A DNA stretch of 39,308 nt from Octopus bimaculoides (lineage: Eukaryota). The notes under the pieces were generated by a model that saw nothing but the letters and a program-made list of their open reading frames with translations, did no database searches and was not told where the DNA came from. The stretch's first letter is position 1. The number at the start of each line of letters is the position of its first letter. The stretch spans positions 75,860,346 to 75,899,653 of the forward strand of contig NC_068983.1 of assembly GCF_001194135.2 (NCBI RefSeq), written 5' to 3'. A program made the position numbers and the translations under genes. Shown piece after piece: positions 34,872-39,308 of this stretch.

Positions 34872-36422
34872 CCTTCCTTCCCCTCCCTCCCTTCCTTCCC
34901 TCCCTTCCTTCCTTCCCCTTCCTTCCTTCCTTCCTTCCTTCCTTCCTTCCCCTCCCTTCCTTTCTTCCCCTCCCTCTCTCCTTCCCTACCTGCCTACCTA
35001 TTTATCCTCTTGTTTGTCTCTCTCATACGACATCTATGCCTTGTAGCCCCTTTTTTCCCACCCTTCTCTTGACATCTCTCTTGAAAAATGTGTTTGGTGT
35101 TGAAGATTTGATTTTGCTAGTGTACGTACGTACGCATGTATGTATGTATGTATGTATGTATGTATGTATGTATGTATGTATGTACGTATGTATGTATATA
35201 TCTGTGTGCACGCTTGCATTTGTGTGGGTACCTTTGTGTGTGATTGTGTGTATGTCATTGTGATACATGTGATATTGTAATGCATGTAACCTTTTCCGAG
35301 TGATTCACAAGCTTCCGCAGTAATGAAGTCCCGGCTTCTGCCGCAATGTGTGGTATTACAGGCAAGTATCTTTTACTATGTCAGTGATTGAATTGAAACC
35401 TTGTGTCAAGAATCCAGCATGAGCGTTCGTCACGCTGATTCTGCTAGACAATTACGTCGAGGATACACGTGTCTAGGAAATATGTAACCATTTATGTACC
35501 AATTCAAAATGTGGTTAGTTTAGTTCATAAAATATCTGCAATATTCTTCGTCGAAAGAGACGGAGACTCACTTAATTTATACGTAATAAGCAGAAAATGA
35601 TTCGCTTAGAGGCTGCTGTGCTTCAAATATGGCAAACATATGTGAAAATATTTATGAAGTTAGAGATAAACAAGAGTTTTCTGCTTGATATGTTGTTTTA
35701 AATTGTCATGACATAGTTAAAGACTACAGGAACTGCAGTAGCTTTTATAAGAAAGAACCGTGTTTATTCTTGTTCTTGTTATTAATGTTTTGACGTAGTT
35801 ATAATAGTAGAGAGACTAGTATTGACAGTCTGGTAGTAATATGTGTTGGTGGAAATGATATAGTTGATCGTTGATGTTAGTGAACGTAATGACGGTTGAA
35901 AAAATGGTGGCTGCGATGATAGAGGTATTGATAGTAGTGAAAGTTTGTGTGGTTTTTAGTATTATTAGTAATCTTCATGACAAAGATAGTGATGGAATGA
36001 CGACGATGATGGCGACCTTAGGGCCATGTTATCATAGAAATAGTGGTGATGATGATAGTGTTCATAGTATTTGTGGTGCATAGGAGTGATGCTCCAAACG
36101 TTTATATCATACCATAATGGCATGTTAAGGAGAAATGATAGTCTAATATTTCTATTTCCAATCATATTCAGGTTGAAAAGTTTTAAAATACACAGCATGT
36201 ACATACATACATACATACATACATACATACATACATACATACGTATATACATACATATATATGTCTATATATATATATGTATATATGTATATATATATGT
36301 ATATACATATATATAAATATATATGCAAGAATATATATAATGTATATATTTATGCATATGTGTATATATGCGTATGTGCATTCATATATATTCACACTCT
36401 TACATATATGTCTATATACATA

Positions 36423-36466
<44 letters not shown>

Positions 36467-36769
36467 AATATACATACAACTCATTCTCTCTCAATGTGTG
36501 AGTTTATGTATCATACATGCACATATATGCATGTGTTCAATTATTCTATAGTGATTCACTCCGTCTCTCTTCTGCTTTTCCTCACTTTTGTTTGTTAGAG
36601 CAGTTATAATAATGTAATAATGGACAGCGGGCTGAAAATAATTTAAAACATACTTAACGATAAAATACAGTTGACCAAAAATAGAAAGAAATATGATTAG
36701 ATTCTCATTAAATTACGTATGAATATTGCATCTAACAAGATTATAAATTTACTAAGAGTAATAAACAAA

Positions 36770-36830
36770 TATTTCTGCAACAGCAAATTTCACAGGCTGT
36801 TCAACGAAAGCAATGTAAAAGTCAGTTAAA
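36770..36830 (+). mobile_element. Short Naiad-like PLE fragment
   Basis: KYFCNSKFHRLFNESNVKVS*, similar to HF..SHRYRRTFNRYNIKVSF at 9650-9720. Confidence 0.45.
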
Positions 36831-38616
36831 GATACAACTAGCAAACAATAGTGTTAGATTCTCTCCAAGACTCGGTATGAATCTCGAGCAAGATGTAATC
36901 GAAACCATATACCTGGAAAAGAAAAGACAATATAGTCTTGGCATTTATAGATTTATAGAATTCATTTATAAATTTAATCGATTATGCCTGACATACTGTA
37001 GGACTTAACAACTATAGTATTGCTCGTTGGAAATGCATGAATAACTATTACATTATTCAGTTTCGCTACATTCGTAATTCCAAAGCGGTGTGTGTGTTTG
37101 TGCGTGCGTGCGTGCCGGTGTAATACAAAGAATTATAATCTGTACCATATAACTTAATATCGTGAATTTTATCCACTTTTGTTTTTTGAAAATTTCTATT
37201 TCTATTTGCAGTTTAGTCCCAAATCAGGCCTAATGGAGTAGACCTTTGAATAAAGAGGTTTTACCTGTAATCATGTTGGCATTTTTTTTTTATTCAGATA
37301 AAATCTATCTAGAATCTTATTATCAGATGGGTCCTTCCCTTCCCAAGCCGTTTGCATCCTCCCGCTCCTTGCTTTTTACTCCTTTCTTCACCCATTCAAC
37401 TTTTAAATCTCTCACACTACGATATGAACTGTTATTTGCCATGTTCTCTCCTGATGAAAGAAACCGGTCTTACAGTAATGTCTCTACACTACCATATACT
37501 GGTTGCATATCCTTGACGTTTTGCACATTCCAAATGCTAATTATGAACATAACAATTACTACTTAATTTCGAGCTCTCATAAACAGCTACTGCGTTAAAA
37601 ATACTAGCAGTCTCTCCCTAGTATTCTGTATTTTCTATGCTCTATGTATATGTAAATTTATTTGCTTATATATATATNNNNNNNNNNNNNNNNNNNNNNN
37701 NNNNNNNNNNNNNNNNNNNNNNNNNNNNNNNNNNNNNNNNNNNNNNNNNNNNNNNNNNNNNNNNNNNNNNNNNNNNNNNNNNNNNNNNNNNNNNNNNNNN
37801 NNNNNNNNNNNNNNNNNNNNNNNNNNNNNNNNNNNNNNNNNNNNNNNNNNNNNNNNNNNNNNNNNNNNNNNNNNNNNNNNNNNNNNNNNNNNNNNNNNNN
37901 NNNNNNNNNNNNNNNNNNNNNNNNNNNNNNNNNNNNNNNNNNNNNNNNNNNNNNNNNNNNNNNNNNNNNNNNNNNNNNNNNNNNNNNNNNNNNNNNNNNN
38001 NNNNNNNNNNNNNNNNNNNNNNNNNNNNNNNNNNNNNNNNNNNNNNNNNNNNNNNNNNNNNNNNNNNNNNNNNNNNNNNNNNNNNNNNNNNNNNNNNNNN
38101 NNNNNNNNNNNNNNNNNNNNNNNNNNNNNNNNNNNNNNNNNNNNNNNNNNNNNNNNNNNNNNNNNNNNNNNNNNNNNNNNNNNNNNNNNNNNNNNNNNNN
38201 NNNNNNNNNNNNNNNNNNNNNNNNNNNNNNNNNNNNNNNNNNNNNNNNNNNNNNNNNNNNNNNNNNNNNNNNNNNNNNNNNNNNNNNNNNNNNNNNNNNN
38301 NNNNNNNNNNNNNNNNNNNNNNNNNNNNNNNNNNNNNNNNNNNNNNNNNNNNNNNNNNNNNNNNNNNNNNNNNNNNNNNNNNNNNNNNNNNNNNNNNNNN
38401 NNNNNNNNNNNNNNNNNNNNNNNNNNNNNNNNNNNNNNNNNNNNNNNNNNNNNNNNNNNNNNNNNNNNNNNNNNNNNNNNNNNNNNNNNNNNNNNNNNNN
38501 NNNNNNNNNNNNNNNNNNNNNNNNNNNNNNNNNNNNNNNNNNNNNNNNNNNNNNNNNNNNNNNNNNNNNNNNNNNNNNNNNNNNNNNNNNNNNNNNNNNN
38601 NNNNNNNNNNNNNNNN

Positions 38617-38683
<67 letters not shown>

Positions 38684-38941
38684 CGTATATATATATGTAT
38701 ATATATACCGTTCAGGTAATGGTTCTTATCAGTAAGCACATTAACCTCTCACCGCTTCGTGATTCCCAAGGGCTCCAATGCAGTCTAAAAAAGCTTATAA
38801 AGAGTACATCAATAACGAGAGAAAAAACATGGGCGTGAACTTGGTATTGCCTTATTTCATCAGTTATGTATGTTTCGGTATGCGGTAAATAACTGATACC
38901 ACGCTGTAAATAAAATCCATATATACAGTTTGTAATTGCAG

Positions 38942-39034
38942 TACACATAAACAGAACTGGAATCCTTCTTGGACAAATAAGATACACAGCTCACAGACAC
39001 TCAGTTATCTTAGTAAACGCTTGAGAAATGCATG
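38942..39034 (+). other. Candidate host exon (unidentified)
   Basis: Acceptor TTTGTAATTGCAG|, consensus donor TG|GTAAGT at 39035, 93 nt, one open frame THKQNWNPSWTNKIHSSQTLSYLSKRLRNA. Confidence 0.3.
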
Positions 39035-39275
39035 GTAAGTTACTCCGCTTCTTCTGCTGGGCTTGTATCTATCAAGTATTTATACAAGATAACTGCATGT
39101 TTGTGAATATTTCTTTATCTGCTAAGGAGGTGTCTGGTTTTCATTATGTATAATGCACTACCAAGTTGCATCTACGTTTTGTATTAATAGTGTGACATTA
39201 TTTGATAACCGAATACCAAAACATTTAACAGCTGAAATAGCGTGATATCAAGGTCGCGCTCAAGTCTATTCCCTC

Positions 39276-39308
<33 letters not shown>

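Noticed and set aside
35321-35367. Possible 41-nt exon with a GC donor (CAG|GCAAGT)
   Set aside because: Short, with no supporting homology; such sites occur by chance.
36900-37050. Possible LINE RT remnant (..AFIDL*NSF..)
   Set aside because: Too degenerate to call without an alignment.
27438-38739. ORFs spanning N runs and (AT)/(AC)/(ATAC) repeats
   Set aside because: Artefacts of assembly gaps and microsatellites.
1-39308. CRISPR arrays, rRNA genes or prokaryotic operons
   Set aside because: No repeat-spacer arrays, rRNA sequence or dense prokaryotic coding structure were seen.

Overview
Repeat-saturated, AT-rich animal genomic DNA with about ten assembly gaps and dense di-, tri- and tetranucleotide microsatellites. 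The SINE families and microsatellite load suggest an octopus (coleoid cephalopod) genome; this is inference. No complete host gene is visible. Most listed ORFs are microsatellite or N-gap artefacts, or wrong-frame reads of transposons. The recognisable content is a nested set of mobile-element fossils: (1) four copies of a Neptune-type Penelope-like element (GIY-YIG), one Naiad-like Penelope-like element (PLE) and a short fragment of another; (2) at least three minimal hammerhead-ribozyme motifs associated with PLEs; (3) an internally deleted Helitron RepHel; (4) a degenerate Ty3/Gypsy element; (5) three mariner fragments; (6) a Buster-type hAT transposase fossil and a Buster MITE with a perfect 8-bp TSD; (7) a CR1-group LINE 3' end; (8) several tRNA-derived SINEs and three foldback/MITE elements. 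Most notable: a ~147-codon stop-free Ser/Asn/Thr insert lying in frame between the GIY and YIG motifs of the Naiad-like endonuclease; a Helitron whose hairpin+CTAG terminus lies upstream of, and antisense to, its RepHel ORF; and a near-textbook dimer-type hammerhead at 28145-28192. Two weak candidate host exons lie on the + strand.
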